A DNA stretch of 64,000 bases from IMG/VR virus record IMGVR_UViG_3300029319_000008. One strand, given 5' to 3'. The notes below the pieces were generated by a model. It worked only from the letters and a program-made list of their open reading frames with translations, was not told the origin of the DNA and made no database searches. The position numbers were made by a program, and so were the translations under genes. How positions within the stretch are numbered: position 1 is the stretch's first letter; each line of letters opens with the position of its first letter. This DNA is from an uncultured virus (IMG/VR IMGVR_UViG_3300029319_000008). Its lineage: Duplodnaviria > Heunggongvirae > Uroviricota > Caudoviricetes. Positions 42,601 through 53,300 of this stretch are shown one piece after another.

Positions 42601-42868
42601 CATCAGATTGAATACCAAAATATTCATCTTCAATTAATATAGCATCATATTTCAAGTCATACCCAACCTGACCAGGGATGACCATTGCACCATCCGTGTA
42701 AACACTAGAACCAAATTTCTCAATTTGATCTTGAAGAATAGATTGTAACGACGTTAATTCTCTCGCCTGAAGAGGAAACCCAGGTCGGAATAGTACTTTA
42801 TGGAAATTATCGTCAGGACTGAAATCCTCAAAATATGGAGGAGTATTCAGATTAGTGGACTGGGGCAT
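36593..42868 (-). CDS. VrlC-like / DUF4815 structural protein, 2091 aa
   Basis: NLN..PYFEDF...KVLFRPG.PLQARELT.LQSILQ, APGAHRLK, RLKNGFLVDNF, DPLAQSF, LFKSQNASTW, DLRCIALA. Confidence 0.9.
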   Translation of the reverse strand: MPQSTNLNTPPYFEDFSPDDNFHKVLFRPGFPLQARELTSLQSILQDQIEKFGSSVYTDGAMVIPGQVGYDLKYDAILIEDEYFGIQSDALVTNTNTDGTPVIVGKIIRGNTSGVKAKVVNALTSDQSEKGKTTLYIKYINAGGNDEVTNTQYVTFEDDEIVLSEESFSLGTTVIQENTDFAKCITSQATATGSSAKITAGIYFIKGNFVTVPEQEIVLDQFGVVPSYRVGLQVLEEIVTPEDDSTLNDPSQGYSNYSAPGAHRLKFRAVLVKKALDDTTIIDFIELLKLEEGKCQEIVSTSKAQIAATLEDTLARRTFDESGDYEVTPYEFSTQECLDDGNNNGVFEFGKETSAGATPSDDLFEIVVSPGKSYVRGYEIETISNTYVDIEKPRTTEDQNNRTISTDGRGLRFNLAADQKIPQSNLASVLADGNRLVGLKEGVGTTIGFASLVDYTQSATQNFVRLSNIVITDPTKKVRDIDRLTFNAVDYTLVTSSNKFTGSFKPFFFEVYGLNDIKTITDLKAQNVLTHHTGTTSGNGISIVGEYYSTTPGDYTIRVNNEDAQNLALTSISVTGGTLTATITGRNSSSNAAFTLFGPQKISNPNITLSSLQKMRILQLETDTVNNKYDINDEILRLGLTRACKIHAIYNSDTKEEAIPKLTLEGGSGTFSVGEVIEGLSSGAKARIISQAGTTVYYTYIGKIRFVVNEDIKSKETGITRTVSVVDNNGVIDIKKRYKLNDGQRPQSFDWSSLRKRSSASAVSGKLWIVLDWFKDEVAGKFYTVNSYYDADYKEIPYFNYKGEKIYLSNLIDWRTNQGNILSGDGDYTTPYTINLTQIASSTTLADFENRNYSFGAEIIPTGTTDGDIEYYLPRIDDLYLDKNGVFINKKGNPALTPQEPEESLANAMKVGQLKMPAYVRDLEDVTFERSTNRRYTMKDIGQLENRIENVEYYTQLSLLETDTANLFIPDGSGNNRLKNGFLVDNFTSHAIGQPFHPNYKCSIDFSFGELRPQHYTTNVSLVYKEEPTNYIKGDLLMLDYTDQLLVEQPYAAVSENVNPFAVVSWVGLMNIFPASDDWIDEKRLPETLTPVEGDYTATIAEMGADPNTGFAPTEWNAWETQWSSSSSSSTTSKQRRDKWPHVRKVTRTTITTTSSQTRTGIRPQITPRVDRKVLGDRVVETKYARWKRSRNFLLTGYRLKPNVRVYPFLEGRNVSTYATPKIIEIEMRGNTPFQAGENITLSGARQGRKFKCKLGNPRGGIARLNKPYEIDPYTGNPINITAYNNSSTFLNLNLSTTNKLAGSTFGGYLVEGDIIIGLTSGATAKVTKKHLIADEKGNIRVSIFIPDPSVDGNPRWKTGDSVVRLTDSPTNSLIPGVVDSSAENTYSARGTILTKQQDTLLVRNADINRDTTVVGDNRIITSSRTTTRTGGWYDPLAQSFLVEPQGGCFISKIDVYFRTKDNTLPVTMQIREMVNGYPSSVVLATENKDPSDVLVSDDATVTTTFTFETPVYLAERKEYCFVLLTSSVEYNVWLSEMGKDDLNGERISKQPYAGVLFKSQNASTWTTAEYQDMKFKIYRCKFKTNETPTIDFVNDNTGNLFFKELRQDPIELTVNESGTARGYLKVNHKNHGLHDDSSFVEIKGVSSGISAKLSADWTGLTGSGNPIKLQDTSGTDAVRNQFYASGSSGSAEMIFNSGSSPTRNGILGATPSSVNPGYIIVNGIVYSYDPTAVGTVTNNEFSIELIANISGENPPSGGFKSADEWEAELYVKNGIPLTLINKVHQNLKFITLDSYQIDFNSYRRNLDNSNVTFGGDEVTASSNLQYTSFMPTLAFKELPGTTVESSFKGTSGTSIGDGEYSLPTPVVQNWYRESYKKDSSYKNVLINSNNYLSRPKVLASLINEQRQMSNANSFDFRVKLSSTVDNLSPVIDTDRISLVATNNRITNFNGLTNKAFFVDDLSGTYTNIGVEALEDFNGANYITKTVTLNQECTSLKIILSAYNNSNTDFDVYVKLLAGDEENPDEIQWDEITKPSSYTDAKSEVDFSDYEFQEDLTGDDTFTQYAIKIRLRSNNACDVPLIKDLRCIALA

Positions 42869-42869
42869 T

Positions 42870-44339
42870 TTAGAACTCTAAAATAATTTTGAAATCTTCG
42901 GTTTGATCTTGTGCTCTGGAAATTTTATTCCTATTATCTATGTAGATGATATCACCAGATCCTCTCAGTAATTGGGGAGAGGACACTGCATCAGCAGTAT
43001 CTTGAATTGATCCACTTGTAATTGAACCAACTGTAATATTATCATTTCTTTCAAACGGGGTTCTTACTCCTCTATCATTCAATCCATAATTTAAAATATT
43101 TTCTTGATGAAAATAAATTTTCCTTACAAGACCATCATCTTCATAGTGAACAACGGTTCCAGTTGCATATGGAGCATCTCCACTAGTAACTCTAAGTTGT
43201 TCGTCTTCTAAAAGTGTAGGATCATTTACACCTGCAAGGGCAGAATCCAATGTTAAAACATGGGTTCCGATTGCTGTACTACCAGGACTTCCAGTAAAAG
43301 TTGGATTTAAAACTAAACCAACAACAGTAAAATCATTTTTAAGTACAAAATCATCAGGTTCTAATCTAGCATGAACTACAACTTTATTTGCACCAAGTTC
43401 TTTTGCAAAATCTACTGCAATACCTTCTTTAGGTGAAATAATAGGAGTTAAAGATGCAGATGAACCATTTCCAGCAACTTCAGTTCCTTGAGCATTTACA
43501 ATTTGAGAAGTATCAATTTGTCCATAAGTATATCCAGTTCCTGGATTAATAACTCTCAATCCAGTAATTCCACCACCAGAGTTTACTGTGGTAACTCTTA
43601 CTTGAGCATTTTCTCCATCACCAATAATTTTAAAGATATCTCCAGTGCTATATCCACTTCCTGCTGTTTTAACATCTACTTTGTAAATAGCACCACCATA
43701 GTTACTGCTGGCACTAATTCTATTAGAAACTTCAGAAATTTCTGGAACAGGAATATAATCATCACTCTTAAATTTCTCAAAATCACTTGCATTAACAGTA
43801 AACATATACTTCCATGTGTATCCATCACTAAGAAGAAATGGAGATTGTGAAGTTGATGATGGTTCTACAGTTGATGCAGAGTTATTAGAATTATCTAGAC
43901 ACTTATAAACTTTATACTCAGATGTTACTACATAATGGTCAGTTTCATAAAGTTTTGCCTCATTAGAATTACCTAATTGGTAGATAATAGTATTTCCATT
44001 ATTTTGAGTATTATCAATTACAGAACCATAGTCATGTCTGTAATAATCATATACTAATCCACTAGTCCATTTATTATTTCTAATTACTTGTCTTACTTCA
44101 GAAGGAGGAACTTTCTTTAAACCAATGATATAATCATAGATTTCAAAAGAAATCTCTTGGTTGTCTACAGGATTTGTTGGAACATTAACTACATTACCTT
44201 GATAATCTTTCCATTCTCTAGGTCTTGCAAAAAATAACCATAGACCACTCTTAGAATTATCATTTTCATCCAGGGTGATACGTTCCTTAAACCTTTCGGC
44301 AAGTATAACTCTAAATTTGTCAGTAAGTATCGCTGCCAT
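42870..44339 (-). CDS. gp8: Baseplate wedge subunit
   Basis: MAAILTDKFR, VYKCLDN, DGYTWKYMF, GDIIYIDNR..ISR..DQTEDFKIILEF. Confidence 0.93.
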   Translation of the reverse strand: MAAILTDKFRVILAERFKERITLDENDNSKSGLWLFFARPREWKDYQGNVVNVPTNPVDNQEISFEIYDYIIGLKKVPPSEVRQVIRNNKWTSGLVYDYYRHDYGSVIDNTQNNGNTIIYQLGNSNEAKLYETDHYVVTSEYKVYKCLDNSNNSASTVEPSSTSQSPFLLSDGYTWKYMFTVNASDFEKFKSDDYIPVPEISEVSNRISASSNYGGAIYKVDVKTAGSGYSTGDIFKIIGDGENAQVRVTTVNSGGGITGLRVINPGTGYTYGQIDTSQIVNAQGTEVAGNGSSASLTPIISPKEGIAVDFAKELGANKVVVHARLEPDDFVLKNDFTVVGLVLNPTFTGSPGSTAIGTHVLTLDSALAGVNDPTLLEDEQLRVTSGDAPYATGTVVHYEDDGLVRKIYFHQENILNYGLNDRGVRTPFERNDNITVGSITSGSIQDTADAVSSPQLLRGSGDIIYIDNRNKISRAQDQTEDFKIILEF

Positions 44340-44358
44340 CTCTTGAACGCTTTCTTTT

Positions 44359-44366
44359 TATTTATA
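44359..44366 (-). promoter_or_regulatory. T4-type late promoter TATAAATA
   Basis: Exact consensus 20 nt upstream of the gp8 start. Confidence 0.75.
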
Positions 44367-44370
44367 GGGG

Positions 44371-47300
44371 TTAGAAATCATATATGAAATCATCATTATA
44401 TGACAATGATTGATAATCAATCATTAAGTCATCATCCTCTACTTGATGAGTAATGCTCTTCACATTAGTTATAGCACCTGTAGCATTATTTGCTGCATAT
44501 GTAGTAATTGGATTAGATGGATCGTCAAGTTTTACATATAAGTATCTAGACGTACTAGATGACCCATCAACAGTTTCACCAGGAGTATAACCAATAATAG
44601 TTGCTTTTTTAGTACCACCATCATAATAAATTGTTGAATCAATAGAACTAATCTTTAATTGTACTCCAACAAAACCATCAACAAGTACAATTTGACCATC
44701 AAGATAATTAGATCCTCTATTTGCAATTTCTACTGAAGTCACAACACCAGCAGACACTGTAATATTAGCAGTAGCATTTTCCCCAATACCATCAACATTA
44801 GTTCCTAATGTATATGTAAAACCATTACCATTGGGAATACTAGCAGTTAAAACATCACCATTAGTGTAATTATTAGATCCAGTAGAAATAATATTTACAT
44901 CAGTAACAGAATTGTCAGTAACTGTAATATCTGCTTTAGCACCATTACCACTTCCACCAGTTAATTGAACATTAGTATATACACCATTGTCATAATTATT
45001 ACCACCTTCAATTACAACTCCACTTCTAAGATTTTGAATTGAAATGATATCTACACCTGATGTAGTTCCATTAGGAAAACCACTTCCTTGATCAAAAATA
45101 GTAAGAGAACCAATTTCACCAGTGTTAGAAGTAGTTAACGTTGAGAACGTTTCACTAGATGCTGTTGATGCCAATCTAACAATTTGATCAAATTTCAAAT
45201 CAAATCCAACAGTTAAATTAGTGATAGTATCAAGATCTTTACCTGTAAATAAGTGAGTACCAGAGGTTGTTCCTGTAATATCAACAAAATTTGATTCTGC
45301 CAGATTATATTTAGTCGTTGCCAGTTTAATTTTATGTCTATCAACTACATGAACATAATATGTAGTTCCATTAGTCAATCCAGGCATATCTGTGTTAGTT
45401 TGATTACTGTATTGAACAGTAGCACCTTGTGTTAAAGGATGAGTATCATAAACACCAGTAGTTGCCGTCAATTGTATTTCATTACTAGAAGTATTGACAT
45501 CTGCTGCTACAAATTCATAATTTGTACTTGAATTTTCACTTCTAGGTCCAAAATCAGAATAAACACAATTTAATTTACGAATTGGAAATTTGCTGTTTTC
45601 TGCAAGAGTTACTGATAAAAATGCATTAATATCAGTAGTTGTAGGTAAATCAGAAGAAATATTTGAAATATTTAATTCAGTGATTGGAGAAGTTAATAAT
45701 GTTGACTGTGTAATAGGGTATGGGGATGTAACAAATCTTTTAATTTGTGCCTTTATTGTTCTCCTAGCACGTAAAGTTTCCCTAACATCAGCACTTTGAA
45801 GTAAATCTGTAAACCAGTATCCTTGCTCTCCATCAATAAGTAAAGGTTGAGATGCATCAGGAATATTATTTAGTTGACCAAATGAAGATCCTACTGAAAG
45901 TTTATTAGCACTAACAACTAAATTTACCTCTCTAGGTCTTCTTTCATTTGATTGGACAATAATGTCTTCTCTTTCTACTGGAGGGTCCACATCAATTAAA
46001 TCAAAATCATCATTAGATCCAGTATAAATGTATCCTTCAAACGTAGCACCATTTTTAGGGGGAGAAGTAAATTCAACAACACTACCAAATAGTTTATATG
46101 AAACTAACGAAGATGGATATGCTGCTTCTCTACCTGCTTCTTCTGTAGATGGTATTTGTAAGGATCCATCAACAAACAAAATTAAATTTGCAGATATATT
46201 TGCTTCAGGTCTTGATTTAGCAATTAAAGAAAAAATTTCATCGTTGGTTGGATCAACTAAGTTGAACGCCCTGTCACTGGCGTTAAACAGCGGTGAAATG
46301 TCTTTTATTTTCTTTACTTCCCCTAAGTAGAAAACGTTGAATGGAGCACCTTCTGGGGGTGCCTCAGTGAACTCTAGCACAGAATACTGAGGTGATCCAA
46401 TAGAATTAATTACATAAGAATCATTAGTACCTTTTTGTTGTAAAATACCATTGACGACAACGAAGATATCTTTATCAGTTCCTATATCAATATTAACGCC
46501 ATTTTCTTGAAGTGGGAAAACTCTTTTATCACCATCAAACCCTCTAACAAAAGATCCAACTGTTATTGTATATGGAGTAATTTTTTCTACTATTACTCCA
46601 TCACCATGCAATACAGCATCTGTACTTAATTCAGCACGATCAACAGTCAAAGTGTTTGTTGAAATATTAGTAATTTTAACAATCTCAACTTCATTAATTA
46701 CTAAGTAATCATTTTGAGAAAAATTACTTGCATCATCTACTGTAATTTCGGTATCGGTTATAAGTGCTCCAAAAGGTTCGTTAGTTAATGTAGAAACACC
46801 AGTTCTTAATGAAGATACAATTCCAGATTGTAAAGTATCACCTGTAACAAATGCATTATCTCTATTAAATGGCGATGGTGGTGTATCAATATCAATAACT
46901 ATAAACTCACGATGAAGAAATCTAATAGTTCCAGCACTAGCAATATTTAAAGTTAAAGTAGAAGAACTAATATTTGTTAAAGTTACTACATTTGTTGCAG
47001 TATCAATAGCACTAATCTCTAACTCATCATTATCAGTGGATGTTAGACCAAGAGCAGCATTGAATAAAACTCTATCACCAACAAATATTCTAAGAGATGA
47101 AGATAAGGTAATATCAACAGTTCCTCCAGCAGCAACTGAAGTATTAGGTGATAATCCTGTAGAAACACTTTTAATAGTTGTTTTTTCTGTTTTATTTTTA
47201 ATAACTGCTGCTGATGTTGATGTATTAATGTAGTCACCCGTAATAAAATTATCAAATCCTTCTTTTACATGAATTCTACTGGTACTTACATCATCAAATT

Positions 47301-50300
47301 GATAATTAGGAGTAGTTGCATTACCTTGTGGATCTTCTCTTGTATATAATAATCCAATGAATTGTCTACCAATCTCACTTCTATCAGAAGCAGCATTTGG
47401 AATAATAAATCTGCTTGGTGGTTCAAAGAAACGAATCTTTCTAATACCACTACTTCTAGTATCATAAACAACATGTGGAGTTTGTACAATACCTGCAATA
47501 TCAACAACGTACTGTTCTGGTAAAATCACAAATCCTGTTGGAATTTCTAATTGACCATCTTCAATTTTATACACATAGTTTGTAGCAGAAATACCATGAG
47601 TAGATTCATTTAATGAAACACCATTTGAGTCAATTAAAACTATTAATGTATCATAGTTAAAGGAATAGTCAAATACAAGATCTTTACTTCCATCAAGTTC
47701 ATAATCTTCAGGAGAAATCAAAATACCATCTACAAATACAAAATAATCATGTTTTGATGCAGGAGTTGTTGGTTTATTAGAAAGTACAACTGCAGATCCT
47801 GCAGTAACACTACCTGGAGTAAATGAACCACCACTTCCAGTGTATAATTCATTTTTAAGAAATGCATCACATCTTCTTACAGAAATTTGTGTACCTACTG
47901 GTAAGTTAACTGGTGTATTACTTACATCATCATCAGTAAATGTGATTGTAGGAGATCCACCTCCAGCAGAAATAGCAAAGTTATCATTTCTTTGAATTAC
48001 ACCATCAACAACCACAAAATATTCATCTTTATCGATTGAAGTAAATGTATTTGCTGGCCAAGGAGTACCATCTGTTTGATTAAGATCAAATGTACTAGTT
48101 GCAGCAACTGCAGTTTGATTCATAGTCAAAATTCCATTTGCTTCATTAAATTGACGGTAAGACAGTGTTTCTCCATCTGGCATAGGATCACCAGAGTTTC
48201 TTTGTGGCGTAAATGCTATAACTTTGTCTGCATCAATGACTTCCCATGATGTTCCGTATGTTTGAATAATATTATCTAAAAGAACGACCATTTGGTCAAC
48301 TTCGTACTCAGTAATATAGTTAGGAGCACCATTTAAAGTAGGTGTTATAGGATCAATAACTTTTAATTCAAATAAAGTTTGCACTCCATCAAATTGATCA
48401 GAAATATCTTCAAATACACCAACAATAGAAGTTTTAATATTTAAAACGTCAGTAAGAAGTTTATTTTCAATAATAACTTGATCAAATGTACCTGGTTGAT
48501 TTTTAGCAACTAAGAAATTGTATTTTCTTCTTAATTGTGCTAATTCTGCAGATGTAGTTCCTATATTAGCAACAGAATTACCTTCCTTAATTAAATCTGT
48601 CTCATCATAATTAGTATTTGGATCATCAAAAGGTCTAAAGTTTTCATGAAGAATACTATTTTCTGGAGAACTTATAATATCTGTTTTAGAAAATACTTTA
48701 TATCCTGCAGGATGTAGAGCATTTTCATAGTTTTCTTTCCAATTTACAAAAGGAGTTTGAACCCCAATTTGATATGCAAATTTTTGATAACGATTACTAT
48801 CTTGAATCTTTAATGCATTAGATCCGATAAAAGAACCATCGTCTAAAAATTGTTCTGGAGTTTGAACAAGAGCATCTAATTCTGCAGAAGTTTCTACAGA
48901 AAAAATTTGATCAACAATACCTAATGCTAAAGTATTCAATCCAATAATTTCATCATTTACTTGTAACTTAGTAGTAATATTATTAATTCTTAAAATAGAG
49001 TTATTTTCTTGCCATCCATTAATATTTGAAATTTGCCCAGTACCGACAGTAACTAAATTACCTCCACTAACTCTACTGATATTAACCTTCTCACCCCCTG
49101 AAAAAGGAGATTTTTGGATAATAGCAGTAAATTGTGCATTTCTAGCAAAGTTTATTGCTTCATAATATAATCCAGACGCTGCATTAGTAATAATATTAGT
49201 AATATCATCAGACCAGTTTGATTGATCTAATGGTTCTAAATTAACATTGCTGCTTGCAGTTGCTCTTGCTTTTAAAGATACATTACCAAGATAAGCATAG
49301 ACAGTAGCACTCTCAATATAACTGTAAACATTATTTACTTCATCTGTAGCGTTAGCAAAGTAATATGCTCTAATTTTAAAAGGATCTCCTTGTTGGAAAT
49401 ATTGTTTAAAGTTAATATTAAAATTAATATCAGTTCCAGAAATAAAACTAATATAGTAATATTTTTCTGCTGTTATTGTAGGTGCAGAACTGTATTTACT
49501 TCCTGGAGAAATTACTTCAACATCTGTAATAATTCTAGAATTAACAATCGCATTGAACTGTGCATGATTTAAACTACCATCAGTAAGACCACCACCTGTA
49601 ACATTTATTCTAGGTTGGAATAGATAACCCTCTCCAGTATCATTTACATTAACAGATTGTACAGTAAAATTATTTTTTAATTTTGCAATTACTGGAAAAA
49701 TTAGTGTTGGTTTTTGTGTTGGGTCTGGACTATACCCATATCCAGAATTAATTGCTTTTACAGAAGAAATTGTACCAACTTTTGTTGATACTGCTTCTAA
49801 AATAGCACCTTCTCCTCCTGTAGTAATAATTGAAGATATTTCTGGAACTTGTTGATAATTTACTCCATTATTAGTTAATGTGACTCTAGAAATAGGTCCA
49901 TCTGCACTTTTTGATGTAGTTGTATATGAAATTTTATTTTGATTATATTGTGTAAAAAGATCTCCATCAGGATCGGGGTCATTTTCATTATAAATTTCAA
50001 AAGACCCACTTAATGAGTTAATTACATCATATGTACCATTAATTGGTTCTGCAATAATTGTTAACGGGATAATTGTTACTGCATCATTAGAAATATTTCT
50101 AATTTGCATATTTAATTTAGTTAAATCAGAATCATCTGGTTTTAAAGTAAACTTAACTAATTCACCAGTATTAGCAAATGATTTTTCAATATTAATATCA
50201 AAATATTCTTTTCCACTAACTGTTCCTGGTGTAAAGAATTTTACTTCAATGTTTTGAGAATTAGCAAAAGTGTATGAAACATCAAATTCATATATTGAAC

Positions 50301-53300
50301 CTTCATATAAAGTAAGACCATTAGGATATAAAGAATTAAATAAAGTATTATCTATTAGAGAGAATGCACTGTTTGTTGGTTGATATACTTCAAAAGTTTC
50401 TAGTTGTCCAGTAGATGCACTAATAGACACAGAATCACCAATAACTAACCCGTTATTTGATGCACTAAGGTTAGAAACAATTCTGTCTTCTTCATATTTG
50501 GTTACTTCTGCAGTACTAAAAAACAATCTTTGAACATCAGTTCTAGATACATTATTTTCAAGAGTAGTTCCCAGAACTGCTCTTTCAACAATTAAAGTAT
50601 GATTGTAAGTAGTTGCGGTTAACGTTACATTATCTACAATATTTGGTGGGAAGTCGGCACCTGCAGGTGCTGAACTGCTAGTAGATAGGTATACAGTTGG
50701 ATTTGCAATATATTCTGTTCCAGTTGGTGTAAACTCAATATCTGTTATTTTACCATTGACATCAAGTGTAACTACGTCTGCTGTATTAGTATTACTTTGA
50801 ATTTCTCCATCAAAATAAAGATAATATTGAGTTCCTCCTGTTGTTCCTGTAGAATCATCAATTCTTACAGCAACTACTTCATTACTAGCATTTTTTTCAA
50901 TAAGCACATCAACAATTTTCATTTTTTCAGTACCAATACTGATGTAATCACCAATTGAGTATTTTGAACTATCAAACACTGGAACAGAGGTTAAAATAGT
51001 TACTTGTACATTATCAACATGAGGTCTAGCAACTGTATTAACTCCTCTAGATACAATTAATCTATTATTTCCTTGAGTAGAAACTACTCTCATAATTTCA
51101 GATTCAATTTTAATATAAACTGGATTTCCTGAGGATGGAGTAAAAGTGGCAATAGTTGAATTAGTAAATCCATCAATTAAAAAAGTAGTGGTTACTGTAC
51201 TAATTCCATTTGGTGCATTTAATTGAGCAAATGATTCTGAAGAAGTGATTGCATTCGTACTAATATTTGCACCTACCAATTCTGACACAGATTGTGTATC
51301 AAGTGTTAATTCAGTATTATAAACTATATCTCTAGAATTAGGATCAGGATTATCTCCAATAATTTCAGTTTCAGTATCGGCATTAGTCAAATACATTCTT
51401 TCATGAATAGTATCAATTGAATGAATTTTTGCTAAAAATCCTTCAGAAGTAGCAATATTATCACCTGCACTGAAAGAACCAAAATCATTAGTATATTCTA
51501 AGTAATCAAATGTTGTTTTTGATACTGAGGTGACAGGTTGACCTTTAAGAACACTTACAAAACCTGCAGCATCAGTACCACCTGTTCCTTCATTATCAAA
51601 AACAATAACATCACCAAATTTATATCCAGATCCTGGAGTAACAACATCAATAAAATCTAATGATGCATCTGTTGATTTTGGAATAGATTGTACTTGGAAA
51701 AATCCAGTATCAATTGGTTTTGGTGCAATAGTAGCATCAAAATCTAGATATCTTCTTAAATTTGGAATAGATTCAATATTAACAAATTGTCTATTGTTAA
51801 AATCTTCAAAAGTTTTACCAGCAAATTTAGTTCCAATAAAATATGGAAAACCTAATTTATAATCGGATGTATCTGCTGTTAAAAAGTATGCATATACACC
51901 TTGAGGAAATTCTGGTGTTACCGTAAATCTACCATTATTTTCATCTAAATCTGCATTTAAAGAAGACCATTTATAATCCTGTTCAAATTCTCCTCTATTA
52001 TAATCAGTTCTTAATCCTCCATTACTTCTAGTAAGATTTCTTCCAGTGTCCAAATTTGCCCATGATAACTTTTTATATCCTGATCTCATTTTTTGAATAA
52101 CAGATTCAGAATCTGAAGGATTAGAAAATCCATAAGGACCATAAATTGGAGCACCATCTAATGCCCACCCAATTAAAGGAGAATGAACTGTATTATTAGT
52201 AAGGTTTACAGTTTCTCTTTCTTTAGAAATTGGATTTCTAATATCTAATTTTAAAGGAGCACCAAGAATTGAGTATTCCCTTAAAAATATTTCATTTCCC
52301 TGTTCATCAGTTAAAATACCACCTGAATCAGTATAAAATGCTCCAGTATCTAATCTAATGAGAGAAAATAAATTTGGATTAGTGTTATTTACTTTAGTAT
52401 AGAATTTAGCGTTTGCATTTATAATTAAATCTTCCCCTGGTTCAAAAATTTCAAGAACTGTAGTAGTTTCATTATATCCAAGACCACCATTTAAAATATT
52501 AATCCCTTCTACTTGCTTACTACTAGGATTCCAATCTGCTAGAAGAACAGCACCAAATCCTGGTGTATCAGCACTATCTACCGCCCTTACAATTGGACGT
52601 GAATTGTACTCAGATCCTCCTGTAATAATAGAAGCAGTCGTAATTGTACCTTGATCAATAGTAAGGATTCCAGAGGCACCAGATCCTTTAATAATTTCAA
52701 TAGAAGGATTAGATCTGTAAAGATTACCATTATTAGTAATATTAATATTAGTTACTGGACCTCCAACTTGAAGTTCAATATTTGCTGCATCATTACCTCC
52801 TAAAAGAGGAGTAATTCTAACAATTGGTGGTTTTGTATAACCAGTTCCTTCATCAATAATTCTTACTTTTGTAATTTTTCCATCAACAACAACTGGTCTT
52901 AAAATAGCATCTCTAAAATTGTCTCCAGTAAATACAGTATCACTTGGATCTTTTTCTACACTGATAGCAGTTGCTTTTGATGGGTACCCTGTACCGCTAT
53001 CTTTAATATAAACTTCTTTAACTTTTCCATCAACCACCATCTCTGCTTCTGCTTGAGTTCCAGACCATACAGCAGTTACTTCTAAAGTAATATCATCGTC
53101 TTCTGATACGCCACCAACATCAGCACCATCAATAGTAATAGTTACACCTACAGCATATGAATTACCTGGAAGATTTTCATCAATTTTTATTGAATTTTGA
53201 TTAATAGATCCAGAGGAATTTCTAGTAACCACAAATCTAGCACCAAAACCAGATTGTGAAAATCCATTTACAGTATAAGTTGTATCTGCTCCACTTGAAA

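Noticed and set aside
6471..44339. Absence of recognisable T4 gp9-gp12 and wac as a novelty
   Set aside because: Replacement of this block by large fibre-like genes is usual in cyanophage-type T4-like phages.
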